A DNA stretch of 64,000 bases from a virus, in the IMG/VR virus record IMGVR_UViG_3300027668_001405, positions 1-64,000 of that record; one strand, written 5' to 3'. A program made the translations under genes and the position numbers. The stretch's first letter is position 1; every line of letters begins with the position of its first letter. Of this stretch, positions 27,371-36,879 are shown piece after piece. The notes below the pieces were generated by a model. That model had not been told where the DNA came from. It made no database searches and saw only the letters and a list, made by a program, of their open reading frames with translations.

Positions 27371-27580
27371 ATGCCAAAGAAGATTCGTTTAATGGATGAT
27401 GCGACAGCAACAGCCGACACAGTAGGTGCTACTACAGGTGCTAAAACACATGAAGAAGCAATCAGTGCAGAAGTAAATATGGAAATAACTACTAAAGCAC
27501 TAATGAAGTATCTTGAAGCAATTGATTGGAAGCTATGGGAAATGCTTAAGATCATGAAGAAGCAAGAAGAAGAAAAGTAA
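27371..27580 (+). CDS. hypothetical protein
   Basis: AGGAG SD; ends IDWKLWEMLK... Confidence 0.7.
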   Translation: MPKKIRLMDDATATADTVGATTGAKTHEEAISAEVNMEITTKALMKYLEAIDWKLWEMLKIMKKQEEEK

Positions 27581-27581
27581 A

Positions 27582-27977
27582 ATGTTAGATATTGCACAAC
27601 GTCAAATTTGGGTTACGTTTCAGAAAGAAGGCATACATTTGTATCCTGGCGCTGATAAAGATCCAGCCTTGGCTACAGATAAGTGGGACGATGTAAGTTT
27701 CTTGGGCTATGCTCATAGGCACATCTTTCACTTTCGTGTAGCAATTGATGTATTCCATGATGACCGAGATATTGAATTTATTCAATTCAAACGTTGGTTG
27801 GAGTCGCTTTACAGCGGTGACATTTTAACACTTAACCACAGGAGTTGTGAGATGATTGGTGAAGAACTTGCTAATCAAATTCATAACAAATATCCAGGTC
27901 GTTCGATAACTATTAGCGTTGCAGAAGATAACGAAAATGGTGCTACAATGACATTTAATCCACAACTAAAAGGATAG
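27582..27977 (+). CDS. T-fold QueD paralogue (possibly DpdL-type)
   Basis: LGYAHRHIFHF (LxxxHRHxF rather than CxxxHGH), SCEMIGE, VAEDNENGA. Confidence 0.7.
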   Translation: MLDIAQRQIWVTFQKEGIHLYPGADKDPALATDKWDDVSFLGYAHRHIFHFRVAIDVFHDDRDIEFIQFKRWLESLYSGDILTLNHRSCEMIGEELANQIHNKYPGRSITISVAEDNENGATMTFNPQLKG

Positions 27978-27982
27978 CTATT

Positions 27983-28339
27983 ATGTCGACTAATAATAAT
28001 GACAAAAGCGCCTCAGTTAACTTTTTTAAGTTAACTGGATACTACAACATTAATGATATTAAGTATGATCTTCTTAAAATCATTGCCCCATATGATGGGT
28101 ATATGTATAACGAAAAAGAGACTGAGAAACTTCTCGGTGTGTTTGAATCGTACTTAGGCGATCTCAAACGTTCTTTCAAAATCTTCTCATTTGTTATTGA
28201 GAATACTGAGAAAGAAAACGCAATTACATTTGATATTCAAATTAAGATGCAAAAAGATCGAAGCCCTAAGAAGCTTAAAATTCACGTAGGGAAACTTTGG
28301 GTAGAAGTAAAACCTAAGGTAGAGCCGACAGATGCGTAA
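27983..28339 (+). CDS. hypothetical protein
   Basis: 118-aa ORF with AAGGA SD. Confidence 0.65.
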   Translation: MSTNNNDKSASVNFFKLTGYYNINDIKYDLLKIIAPYDGYMYNEKETEKLLGVFESYLGDLKRSFKIFSFVIENTEKENAITFDIQIKMQKDRSPKKLKIHVGKLWVEVKPKVEPTDA

Positions 28340-29513
28340 GCTATTTTACATGGGGTTAGAACCCTACGAAGGCAGGTATACATTACAGTTGCAAGACTGG
28401 AGTGAACGTGCTTTCAAGAAGCGTGGGATAGAATATGTAGTTGTTCCTGGCGAGACAATTGACGACACTAAAGCAATTAGTGTTGGACAAGTATTAGATG
28501 CACATGGACGTTCGTTCTTTGGAATGAGCCAACTAATGAATCTAGTACAGATGATGCGTAGCGGAGAATGTAGTGGGGAGGATGTTGTTTTCTTTGAAGA
28601 CATGTTTCAACCTGGTATGGAATCTCTACCATACATTATGTGTCAGATACCAGAAGAGCAACGACCTAAAATATTCTTGCGTTGTTTAGCACAGGCAGTA
28701 GACCCAGATGACTTTGTTCATGTATGGGGTATGAGCAAGTGGATGTCTTTATACGAGCAGATGTGTAATGAGATTCCTAACGTTCATATACTAGCAACAA
28801 ACGAAGAAATGGTTGCACATATGCGTATTGCTAATTGGACTGCTCCAATTTTTAATATCAGTGGACTTAGCTTTGGTAAGGAAGAAGTTCTTACTAGAGT
28901 GGAACACAAAGTTAAACCATGGAAAGAACGTAGTGACCGTGTAGTATTTGCGGCACGTTTTGATCAAGAGAAACAGCCAGACTTTTTTATGGATGTTATT
29001 GAAAAGGTTAAAGCAATACGTCCTGACGTTGAGTTTGCAGTGCTAAGTGGCGGACCATTACGTAGCAACAATCAGAAGTATTTAGATCGTGCGTTACAGA
29101 TGGAACAAGATGGTAAACTAACAATCCTTAAAGACTTACAAAAGAATGATTACTACAATGTAGTTAATGATTCTAAAGTTATGTTCAATTGTGCATTGCA
29201 AGACTGGGTATCTAATACCGTAAGTGAAGCAGACGCATTAGGTTGTAATGTTGTTTATCCTGCATACAGAAGTTTCCCTGAAACATTTGCTAACGACTAT
29301 ACTAGACTTTACACACCGTGGAGTCAAGACAGTGCAGTTGAAAAGATTCTAGCTGGTCTAGATTGGCCTAGTGAGAACATGGGAAAAATTAGTAACTGGA
29401 CTGATGGTACAATCGATCGTATGATTGACATCATGGAAGGAAGCTACAAGAAGAACATATGGGCTCGTAACGATAATCGTTATAGAGATCACGTAGCGGA
29501 GGCAAAGTATTAA
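28332..29513 (+). CDS. GT-B (family 4-like) glycosyltransferase
   Basis: FAARFDQEKQP, EADALGCNVVYP...FPE. Confidence 0.8.
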   Translation: MRKLFYMGLEPYEGRYTLQLQDWSERAFKKRGIEYVVVPGETIDDTKAISVGQVLDAHGRSFFGMSQLMNLVQMMRSGECSGEDVVFFEDMFQPGMESLPYIMCQIPEEQRPKIFLRCLAQAVDPDDFVHVWGMSKWMSLYEQMCNEIPNVHILATNEEMVAHMRIANWTAPIFNISGLSFGKEEVLTRVEHKVKPWKERSDRVVFAARFDQEKQPDFFMDVIEKVKAIRPDVEFAVLSGGPLRSNNQKYLDRALQMEQDGKLTILKDLQKNDYYNVVNDSKVMFNCALQDWVSNTVSEADALGCNVVYPAYRSFPETFANDYTRLYTPWSQDSAVEKILAGLDWPSENMGKISNWTDGTIDRMIDIMEGSYKKNIWARNDNRYRDHVAEAKY

Positions 29514-30470
29514 ATGAGAATACTAGTAACAGGAGCCAGTGGTTATATTGGTGCTCAAACATGTAAGGCGTTATCGCAGTATCATGAAATAGTAGCAGTT
29601 GATCGCAACACAGTCAAGCACAACTACTTTAAAGAGTTTTATTGCGAAGACTATGGATCGTTTGAAGTGCAACAGTTACTACTCAATATTGATGCTGTGG
29701 TGCATATTGGTGCAACTAGTTTAGTAGGCCCTAGTGTTTTAGACCCTAGCAAGTACTACAAAAATAATGTTGTATCAACTATTGCATTGTTAGATGCATG
29801 CAAGGCACAAGGCGTTAAACGTGTTGTCTTTGCAAGCAGTGCCGCAACTTATGGGGAACCAAAGGAAGATGTATGTACAGAATCTGGACAGCATGAACCG
29901 GTTAACCCTTATGGTTGGAGTAAGCGTATGACAGAGATTATGCTAGCAGATTATGCTACAGCATATGGAATTAACAGTGTTAGTTGTCGCTTCTTTAACG
30001 TAGCAGGTGCAGACTTAGAAGGCGAGTTTGGACAGGAGAAACAAGCTACACATATTATTGCTAAGATTATGGAACTTGCTTTGGATAACAAAGAGTTTAC
30101 ATTAAATGGCGATGGCTTTGGCACACCAGATGGAACATGTGTAAGAGATTACGTACATGTACATGATGTTGCTAGAGGTTTAGGTATGGCATTAGACTTC
30201 ACAGAGAACAACAAAGGCGCATTTAGATTTAACATGGGTAACGGAAAAGGTTACAGCAACATGGATATTATAAATGCAGTAAAAGAGCACACGCCTTTAG
30301 ATCCAACGTATAAAGTTGGACCAGCACGTGCAGGCGACCCAGCCACACTAATAGCAGACAGTACATTAGCTAACAGGGTATTAAAATGGACACCAAATTA
30401 TGGGCTTGACACAATAGTAAAGACAGCGTATAATTATTATATCAAAAACAATAAGACATCCACGTCTTAA
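29514..30470 (+). CDS. galE: UDP-glucose 4-epimerase
   Basis: GASGYIG, FASSAATYG, YGWSK (YxxxK), RFFNVAG, RDYVHV. Confidence 0.9.
   Translation: MRILVTGASGYIGAQTCKALSQYHEIVAVDRNTVKHNYFKEFYCEDYGSFEVQQLLLNIDAVVHIGATSLVGPSVLDPSKYYKNNVVSTIALLDACKAQGVKRVVFASSAATYGEPKEDVCTESGQHEPVNPYGWSKRMTEIMLADYATAYGINSVSCRFFNVAGADLEGEFGQEKQATHIIAKIMELALDNKEFTLNGDGFGTPDGTCVRDYVHVHDVARGLGMALDFTENNKGAFRFNMGNGKGYSNMDIINAVKEHTPLDPTYKVGPARAGDPATLIADSTLANRVLKWTPNYGLDTIVKTAYNYYIKNNKTSTS
30406..30434 (+). promoter_or_regulatory. sigma70 promoter in the galE 3' end, driving folE
   Basis: Perfect TTGACA-17-TATAAT. Confidence 0.7.
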
Positions 30471-30484
30471 ACTCGGAGAACAGA

Positions 30485-31171
30485 ATGACTAAGTCAGAAC
30501 AAATAAAGGCCCGCCTAAAACTAGGCAACATACGTTACTGGGCAGGCGATAACATTTCAGAAGTAATGCAAGAAGGCGACAAGGAAGAACTAATTGAAGA
30601 ACTAGTTCCTAAGTTTGAGGCTGTTCTTGACAGTTTACTAATTGATCGAGAAAACGATCCTAACAGTAAAGACACAGGTAGACGTCTAGCAAAGATGTAT
30701 ATCAAAGAATTAATGAGTGGGCGATATGAACCCATCCCAAACGCAACAGCATTTCCTAACCATATAAGTGAAGGTTATAGAGGTATGCTAGTTATCCGTA
30801 GTGAACTTACAAGTGTATGTTCACATCATCATCAACCAGTTAAAGGAGTTGCATACATAGGTATTATTGCATCTGAGAAGTTAATTGGTTTATCAAAGTA
30901 TACTCGTATTGCACAATGGTGTGCAAGGCGTGGAACGTTACAAGAAGAACTATGTAATGATATTACCGCTGAAATTATGAAAGCAACAGGTAGTAAAAAC
31001 GTAGGTGTTTATATTCAAGCAACACACGGTTGTTGTGAGAACAGAGGCATTATGGCACATAGTAGTCTAACACAGACAACAGTATTAGAAGGCTCGTTTA
31101 ACACAGACCCAGGAACTAAAACTGAATTCTTTAACAACATTAAATTACAACAGGAGTTTGCACCAAGATGA
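30485..31171 (+). CDS. folE: GTP cyclohydrolase I
   Basis: SVCSHHHQP, GLSKYTR, LQEEL, HGCCENRG. Confidence 0.95.
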   Translation: MTKSEQIKARLKLGNIRYWAGDNISEVMQEGDKEELIEELVPKFEAVLDSLLIDRENDPNSKDTGRRLAKMYIKELMSGRYEPIPNATAFPNHISEGYRGMLVIRSELTSVCSHHHQPVKGVAYIGIIASEKLIGLSKYTRIAQWCARRGTLQEELCNDITAEIMKATGSKNVGVYIQATHGCCENRGIMAHSSLTQTTVLEGSFNTDPGTKTEFFNNIKLQQEFAPR

Positions 31172-31716
31172 TAGAAAAAGTATATTATACATGGAAAGAC
31201 ATTGAACATCAGATTCAAGTCATTGGAAATTTAATGGCAGCTGATGGTTGGCGTCCAGATTACATTGTAGGATTAACACGTGGTGGATTAGTTCCAGCCG
31301 TAATTATGTCCAACTCAACTGGTATTCCAATGCATGCATTAGATGTTAGGTTCCGTGATACTAACGAAATGTACGGCCCAGAAAGCAATACATGGATGGC
31401 TGAAGATGCACTTGGTTATGATGGTACAGAAGACTTTAAGTCTTACAACAAAAAGAACATTCTAATTATGGACGACATTAATGATTCCGGTCGCACACTG
31501 TCTTGGATTAAACAAGACTGGCGAGGTGGATGTTTACCAGACAGCCCAGCATGGGATAGTATATGGGGTAGCAATGTTCGTACAGCATGTCTAATTGACA
31601 ATGGTGGCAGTGGCTTTGGCGACTGTGATTATACAGCATTAGAGATAAACAAAATGGAACGTGACCAATGGATTGTATTTCCATGGGAAGGCGAACGTAA
31701 CTACGGACAAGCATAA
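31168..31716 (+). CDS. type I phosphoribosyltransferase (purine PRT-like)
   Basis: GLTRGGLVPA, ILIMDDINDSGRT, WIVFPWE. Confidence 0.88.
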   Translation: MIEKVYYTWKDIEHQIQVIGNLMAADGWRPDYIVGLTRGGLVPAVIMSNSTGIPMHALDVRFRDTNEMYGPESNTWMAEDALGYDGTEDFKSYNKKNILIMDDINDSGRTLSWIKQDWRGGCLPDSPAWDSIWGSNVRTACLIDNGGSGFGDCDYTALEINKMERDQWIVFPWEGERNYGQA

Positions 31717-32051
31717 TGTCAGCTCAAAAACATTACTCAGGTGGACTTGTAACTTCAACAGTACAGGGCAAAGGAACACTTGGCCCTATTACTACAATTA
31801 GTAACGCTAGTAGTGGATCGTTTATAACATCAAACGGAACTACAATACCACTGAACAACAACTCAATAACAACTTCTTCTGCACAGCCTAGCATAATAAT
31901 ACAGCACGACGGTATAGATATAGATGTAGGCAAAGTATTGCAAGAACTTCAGCTATATAAGACTGTATTTTCAGACATATTGACTGAAATGGGCGTTGAT
32001 GTGCCTACTAAAGTAGAAAAACACCGTTTTATACAAAAACTTTCAAAATAA
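31716..32051 (+). CDS. hypothetical, Ser/Thr-rich N-terminus
   Basis: ORF coupled by TAATG. Confidence 0.6.
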   Translation: MSAQKHYSGGLVTSTVQGKGTLGPITTISNASSGSFITSNGTTIPLNNNSITTSSAQPSIIIQHDGIDIDVGKVLQELQLYKTVFSDILTEMGVDVPTKVEKHRFIQKLSK

Positions 32052-32075
32052 ATCAAATAAACCAAGACTTTTCGG

Positions 32076-32104
32076 TTGACAACCACCCTGTTTCATCGTA
32101 TAAT
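32076..32104 (+). promoter_or_regulatory. sigma70 promoter
   Basis: CGGTTGACA-17-TATAAT. Confidence 0.85.
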
Positions 32105-32157
32105 ATATATACAAGTTAGAAATTTAACAGTTTTATAACACGTCAGGAGACAACACT

Positions 32158-34926
32158 ATGAAAAAGTTACTAATTACGGCACTGCTAACAATTTGTTTAA
32201 CAAGCACAGCATACGCCGCACCAGCATTTAAGAGTTACTATGATTACGCAAGTGGTCTAAACAGTGGATTACAAATTAGCTTTTCCACTTCAATGGTAAA
32301 AAACTACAATCGTTCTAATAAATCTTACAAGGGTTTGATTGACAAGTATGATCACTTGTTTAGTAAGTACGGTTGGTTTCAGAACCTTAAGCTAAGGTAC
32401 GCTTTCCAAGTAGAAGAAATCTCAAAGTACAATTTGCTACTTAACAAAGTTGAAGCAAAGGTTACACTAGTAAGCACAAGTTATGTTAATACTAATGGTG
32501 TAATTACTACACGTGGAACTATCTCAGAAACAAGTAATACTGTAGTTGTAGAAGAAACAGTTGACAACAACGTAACAGAGTATGCAGTAGTTACTAAAAC
32601 ATTCTCAACCCCAATTAAGAAACAGGCTTGGGAAAATGTTAATGCTATTACATTATATAGTGATGGAACTAAAGGTTCTACTAACACTACAAAAACAACA
32701 TCAATTACAAATACTGTAGAAACAGAGACAAAGGTAGAGCGTACTGTTATACGTACATACGCATTGGTTGTTGAACCAGTTGTTGTAGTTGAAGAAGTAG
32801 TTGCAGAAGTAGAAGTAGTTGAAGAAGTAGTTGAGGTTGTTGAGGTTGTTGAAGAAGACAAGCCAGTAGTCGTAGTAATTACTGAAGCAGAATATCTTGC
32901 AAGAAACGATGTTACATATACAGATACTGAAACATATCGTAACGCAGTATGGGCAATGAATAGCAGAATCAATCAAACATATACAGACACAGTATTGTCT
33001 AAGCATTATGGTAATCACTTAGAAACTATTGGTGCACCGGCTGCATGGAGCAGAGGTTACACTGGTAAAGGTTCTACTATTGCTATACTTGATACTGGTA
33101 TTGATATGGACCATACGGAATTTAAAGACAGCATTAAAGGTACAAAATGTTTCACACGTAGCTGTAGGTTAGGTATTGAAACAATAGATGATCTTAACAA
33201 GTACTCACACGGAACACACGTTGCAGGTATTGCAGCCGCAAACTTAGATGGTGTAGGTACTACAGGTGTTGCTTATGATGCAGACTTGCTAATTGCAAAG
33301 ACAGCATACGATGCAGGATCATTTGACTTTACAGTTGTAGACGAAGCAATTGAATGGGCAGTTGAAAATGGTGCTGATGTAATTAATATGAGTGCTAACT
33401 ATAACTTTGATAACACATACAAGAACTCAATTACTAAGATGTCAGATGGAATGTTTATGTCAACAGACACACGTGGACGTAATGGTATTACATTTGATAA
33501 GTTTGGTTATGCAGGACTACTAGACAGTCAACATTATTATAAGAACATTGTTAACGCAATGAAAGGACACGAAGCAGTACTAGTAATGTCAGCAGGTAAC
33601 CAAGGTACAGACGTTGTTGGACAGCCAGGCTTTATTGCACTAGATGCAGAAGTTGGTGACAGGGTTTTACTTGTTGGTAACTATGATACACGTTTAGGTA
33701 AAATTGACCGTAGCAGTAACAAAGCTGGTACAATGTGTTTTGATGTTGTAGCTGGTACAAATACATGTGCAAGTGATGCACGTATTAGTGATAGGTATTT
33801 GATGGCGCCAGGACGTTATGTTGCAAGTACAGATAACAATGGAGAGTACAGAACTAACAGTGGTACGTCACAAGCGGCTCCAATGGTATCAGGTGCAGTT
33901 GCAATTGTACACCAAATGTGGCCACACATGACAGGTGCTAACTTGTCTAAGTTGTTGCTAAACACAGCCAGCAAAGATATTGTAGGCTATGATGTAAACG
34001 TACATGGACAAGGATTGCTAGACTTAAACGAAGCTACACTACCACAAGGTGCTATTGGACTTCCTACTACAGGACGAGTTACAGGTGGCAAGGTAGATGT
34101 AAGTAACAGTGGAACAATTGCAGTACAAGGTGGAAGTATCTCATCACTAACAAGTGTTATGGTTGTTGATGCATACGACAGAGACTATTACTTTGATGCT
34201 AACAGCATGGTACAAGTAAACGACACACGTACTACAAGTCCAGTGGAAGCCGCTAAGAATGGTTTTGCACCAGACTACTACATTGGTTTCTCAGGTGGAA
34301 CAGTTATCCCAACAGGTAACGGAAGTACATTCCTAAGCATTAACGAAACTAATAATAACATCAGCTTGCTACAAACATACGATAAGTTCTCATTAGGTCT
34401 TGTTAACGAATCAGACACTTACTTAGGTAACTATGCAAACAGTAGCTTAATGAAAGTAGATGGTAGTAACACAGCATACATTGGTTACAATGAAAGCATT
34501 GACATGGGAGATGGATTAAAGTTTTATGGTAGTGCAACAATTGGTGCAACAAAACTAGATGTTGATAACAGTTCAATGCTTAAGAGTGCAGACATTATGA
34601 TGTCTAACAGTGCTACACTAGGCTTCTCGCAAACTATAAACACAAGAAGTACATTTGGGTTTGTAACAAGTATGCCAGTTAGCATTACAAGTGGTAAAGC
34701 ACACTTTAACTTGCCAACTAGTGTTAGTACTAATGGAGACATTAATAGTTCTAATATGAGTAGCTCATTAGAAGCTCCTAAAAGAGAAGTAGACTTTGGA
34801 TTGTTTTATAACTACAACCCAACAGAGAATACAGCTTTTACAGCTAACATTGAACTACGTACTAACTATGCAGGAACAAGTGAAAACATGGGTACAGCAG
34901 GCGTAAGCTATAAGGTGATGTTTTAA
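32158..34926 (+). CDS. S8 subtilisin-like serine protease with C-terminal beta-barrel (autotransporter-like)
   Basis: Signal peptide; ILDTGID, HGTHVAG, GTSQAAP triad; terminal VSYKVMF. Confidence 0.85.
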   Translation: MKKLLITALLTICLTSTAYAAPAFKSYYDYASGLNSGLQISFSTSMVKNYNRSNKSYKGLIDKYDHLFSKYGWFQNLKLRYAFQVEEISKYNLLLNKVEAKVTLVSTSYVNTNGVITTRGTISETSNTVVVEETVDNNVTEYAVVTKTFSTPIKKQAWENVNAITLYSDGTKGSTNTTKTTSITNTVETETKVERTVIRTYALVVEPVVVVEEVVAEVEVVEEVVEVVEVVEEDKPVVVVITEAEYLARNDVTYTDTETYRNAVWAMNSRINQTYTDTVLSKHYGNHLETIGAPAAWSRGYTGKGSTIAILDTGIDMDHTEFKDSIKGTKCFTRSCRLGIETIDDLNKYSHGTHVAGIAAANLDGVGTTGVAYDADLLIAKTAYDAGSFDFTVVDEAIEWAVENGADVINMSANYNFDNTYKNSITKMSDGMFMSTDTRGRNGITFDKFGYAGLLDSQHYYKNIVNAMKGHEAVLVMSAGNQGTDVVGQPGFIALDAEVGDRVLLVGNYDTRLGKIDRSSNKAGTMCFDVVAGTNTCASDARISDRYLMAPGRYVASTDNNGEYRTNSGTSQAAPMVSGAVAIVHQMWPHMTGANLSKLLLNTASKDIVGYDVNVHGQGLLDLNEATLPQGAIGLPTTGRVTGGKVDVSNSGTIAVQGGSISSLTSVMVVDAYDRDYYFDANSMVQVNDTRTTSPVEAAKNGFAPDYYIGFSGGTVIPTGNGSTFLSINETNNNISLLQTYDKFSLGLVNESDTYLGNYANSSLMKVDGSNTAYIGYNESIDMGDGLKFYGSATIGATKLDVDNSSMLKSADIMMSNSATLGFSQTINTRSTFGFVTSMPVSITSGKAHFNLPTSVSTNGDINSSNMSSSLEAPKREVDFGLFYNYNPTENTAFTANIELRTNYAGTSENMGTAGVSYKVMF

Positions 34927-35498
34927 TGTCGGGAACATATAAAAGGGGCAAGCTAGAAGTAATAGCTGGCCCTATGTTCGCAGGTAAGAGTAGTGAGCTT
35001 CTAAAGAGGCTACTATTCATTGAGCATGGTGGACATAAAGTATTAGTACTAAAGCCAATTGTTGATGACAGGTATGACAGTAACTTTATAGTAACACACA
35101 ATCAATTAAAGCACCCGGCTGTAGCAGTAATTGATTTAGAACTAGTAAAAGATAATTACACAATTAAGCCTTACAACTACCACTCAGTGTTTATTGATGA
35201 AGTACAGTTTTTTGATATGAACGAAGCTATGTGGTTTGTAGAAGAAGGGTTAAGAGAAGGAGTTAACTTTGTAGTTGCAGGACTCGACCAAGACAGTCGT
35301 GGAGTTCCATTTGAGACTACAAGCAGAATGCTAGCACTCGCAGACGAGGTTGTTAAAATAAAAGCATTTTGTACTATATGTGGAATGGATGCAGGAAAGA
35401 CACAACGGTTAAAAGCAACCAGACACTCATCTAGGGTTAAAGTCGGCGGAGCAGAAACATATGAGCCTCGCTGTCACGAACATTGGGAGAGTAAATAA
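34926..35498 (+). CDS. tdk: thymidine kinase
   Basis: GPMFAGKS, FIDEVQF, GLDQD, CTICG, YEPRCHEH. Confidence 0.95.
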   Translation: MSGTYKRGKLEVIAGPMFAGKSSELLKRLLFIEHGGHKVLVLKPIVDDRYDSNFIVTHNQLKHPAVAVIDLELVKDNYTIKPYNYHSVFIDEVQFFDMNEAMWFVEEGLREGVNFVVAGLDQDSRGVPFETTSRMLALADEVVKIKAFCTICGMDAGKTQRLKATRHSSRVKVGGAETYEPRCHEHWESK

Positions 35499-35689
35499 TG
35501 ACATATGCAGTAAAAGTAATGTTGTCAGTTGATGACTGGATTTACATTACAAAAAATAATAGCACACATTGTTGGGACTTAAAGCCTGAGACGTTTGCTA
35601 CAAAGAAGTTGGCATACGGATTTGCCAAACAATGGCGCCTTAGCGGAAAAGGCCAAAACGTAAAAGTGGTGAAATATAATGAAAGTTAA
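35498..35689 (+). CDS. small hypothetical
   Basis: Coupled 63-aa ORF. Confidence 0.65.
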   Translation: MTYAVKVMLSVDDWIYITKNNSTHCWDLKPETFATKKLAYGFAKQWRLSGKGQNVKVVKYNES

Positions 35690-36212
35690 TATAGGAAATT
35701 ATCCTAGTTGGAACAGGTTTACCAATTGGATTGGATATGAACCTAAACAGAAGATCAAAGTTCAAATAGAAAGATGGGATACGTACAGCATGGACCAAAC
35801 ACTATCACATATTATCCATCCTATGTTGATTCAGCTTAGAGATACATCACATGGTATCCCTTGGGTAGATCAAAAAGATGTACCAAAAACACTAAGGTGG
35901 ACAAAAGCAGAAGCAGTTGCTTATGAAAAACATGGAGACATGGACGACAACTTCGGGCCAAGGTGGGAGTGGATTATTAATGAAATGATCTGGGCATTCG
36001 GCCAAAAGATAACTGATGATGACAATACATTTGGAGAAGGTAATTGGGATGTGTCCTGGACAGATACTGGCAAAGGTGATGGTACTTCTGAAATGAAATA
36101 TGGACCTGATCATACTTATAAGATTGACAAGGATGCACTTACTAATCATCATGATAGAATGAGGAAAGGGTTTTTATTCTTTGGAAAATACTATGAGCAT
36201 CTTTGGGACTAG
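35679..36212 (+). CDS. phage hypothetical protein
   Basis: WDTYSMDQTLSHIIHPML...HGIP...WEWIINEMIWAF. Confidence 0.75.
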   Translation: MKVNIGNYPSWNRFTNWIGYEPKQKIKVQIERWDTYSMDQTLSHIIHPMLIQLRDTSHGIPWVDQKDVPKTLRWTKAEAVAYEKHGDMDDNFGPRWEWIINEMIWAFGQKITDDDNTFGEGNWDVSWTDTGKGDGTSEMKYGPDHTYKIDKDALTNHHDRMRKGFLFFGKYYEHLWD

Positions 36213-36336
36213 GTACAGGCTGTTTGTTAAATGGTATCGTAAACTCAGGGTTGACGGTTATGCTTGGTATAACTGTTTAGCTTGGGCGTGGAGTAATTCA
36301 AGAACACACAATATAGATGGGAGCTACAGACGATGA
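36193..36336 (+). CDS. 47-aa hypothetical
   Basis: Translated by hand: MSIFGTRYRLFVKWYRK...; ATGA overlap with 36333. Confidence 0.45.
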   Translation: MSIFGTRYRLFVKWYRKLRVDGYAWYNCLAWAWSNSRTHNIDGSYRR

Positions 36337-36527
36337 ACTATACAAAAATTGATGACAAGAACTGGATTGTAGTTGTGCAGGAAGATGGAAAAACAAAAGA
36401 ACTGTTTATTGAATTTCCACCAGGCGCAATTGATCAAGCAGGATGGAGTGATGATCAAGATCTAGAATGGATTATTAATGACGATCAATCTGTTACATTA
36501 AGAAAGAAAGACAATGGAGAAACGTGA
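36333..36527 (+). CDS. AbrB/MazE-like looped-hinge small protein
   Basis: LFIEFPPGAIDQAGWSDDQDLEWIINDDQSVTLRK. Confidence 0.55.
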   Translation: MNYTKIDDKNWIVVVQEDGKTKELFIEFPPGAIDQAGWSDDQDLEWIINDDQSVTLRKKDNGET

Positions 36528-36870
36528 AAGCTACTATGATTTTATGGGGCGTAAACTTAGGGAAGATGAAAACAAAATGACACAACTAAATCTGTTCGTA
36601 GAAGATATTAATATATCAAACCTTGATAGGCAAACAGAACTTATGGCTATCACAGCAGAAGAATGTGGCGAACTAGTACAGTCGTGCATGAAGATAGCAA
36701 GATGGGGAGTAGATAAAAAGAAGATTGCTTCGTTACTAGAAGAAGCAGGAGATGTAGCATTGATGTTAGACTTGTTAGTAGAGAATGGATACATTACTAA
36801 CGAAGAACTAAATGCTAGGAAAACAGTAAAACGACTTAAACTAACAAAGTATTCTAATTTAATTAACTGA
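36514..36870 (+). CDS. MazG-like nucleotide pyrophosphohydrolase
   Basis: AEECGELVQ...LLEEAGDV (ExxE...EExxD). Confidence 0.8.
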   Translation: MEKRESYYDFMGRKLREDENKMTQLNLFVEDINISNLDRQTELMAITAEECGELVQSCMKIARWGVDKKKIASLLEEAGDVALMLDLLVENGYITNEELNARKTVKRLKLTKYSNLIN

Positions 36871-36879
36871 GAGAAATAA

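Noticed and set aside
27582-27977. Canonical QueD
   Set aside because: The catalytic CxxxHGH motif is replaced by LxxxHRH, so the gene symbol was withheld.
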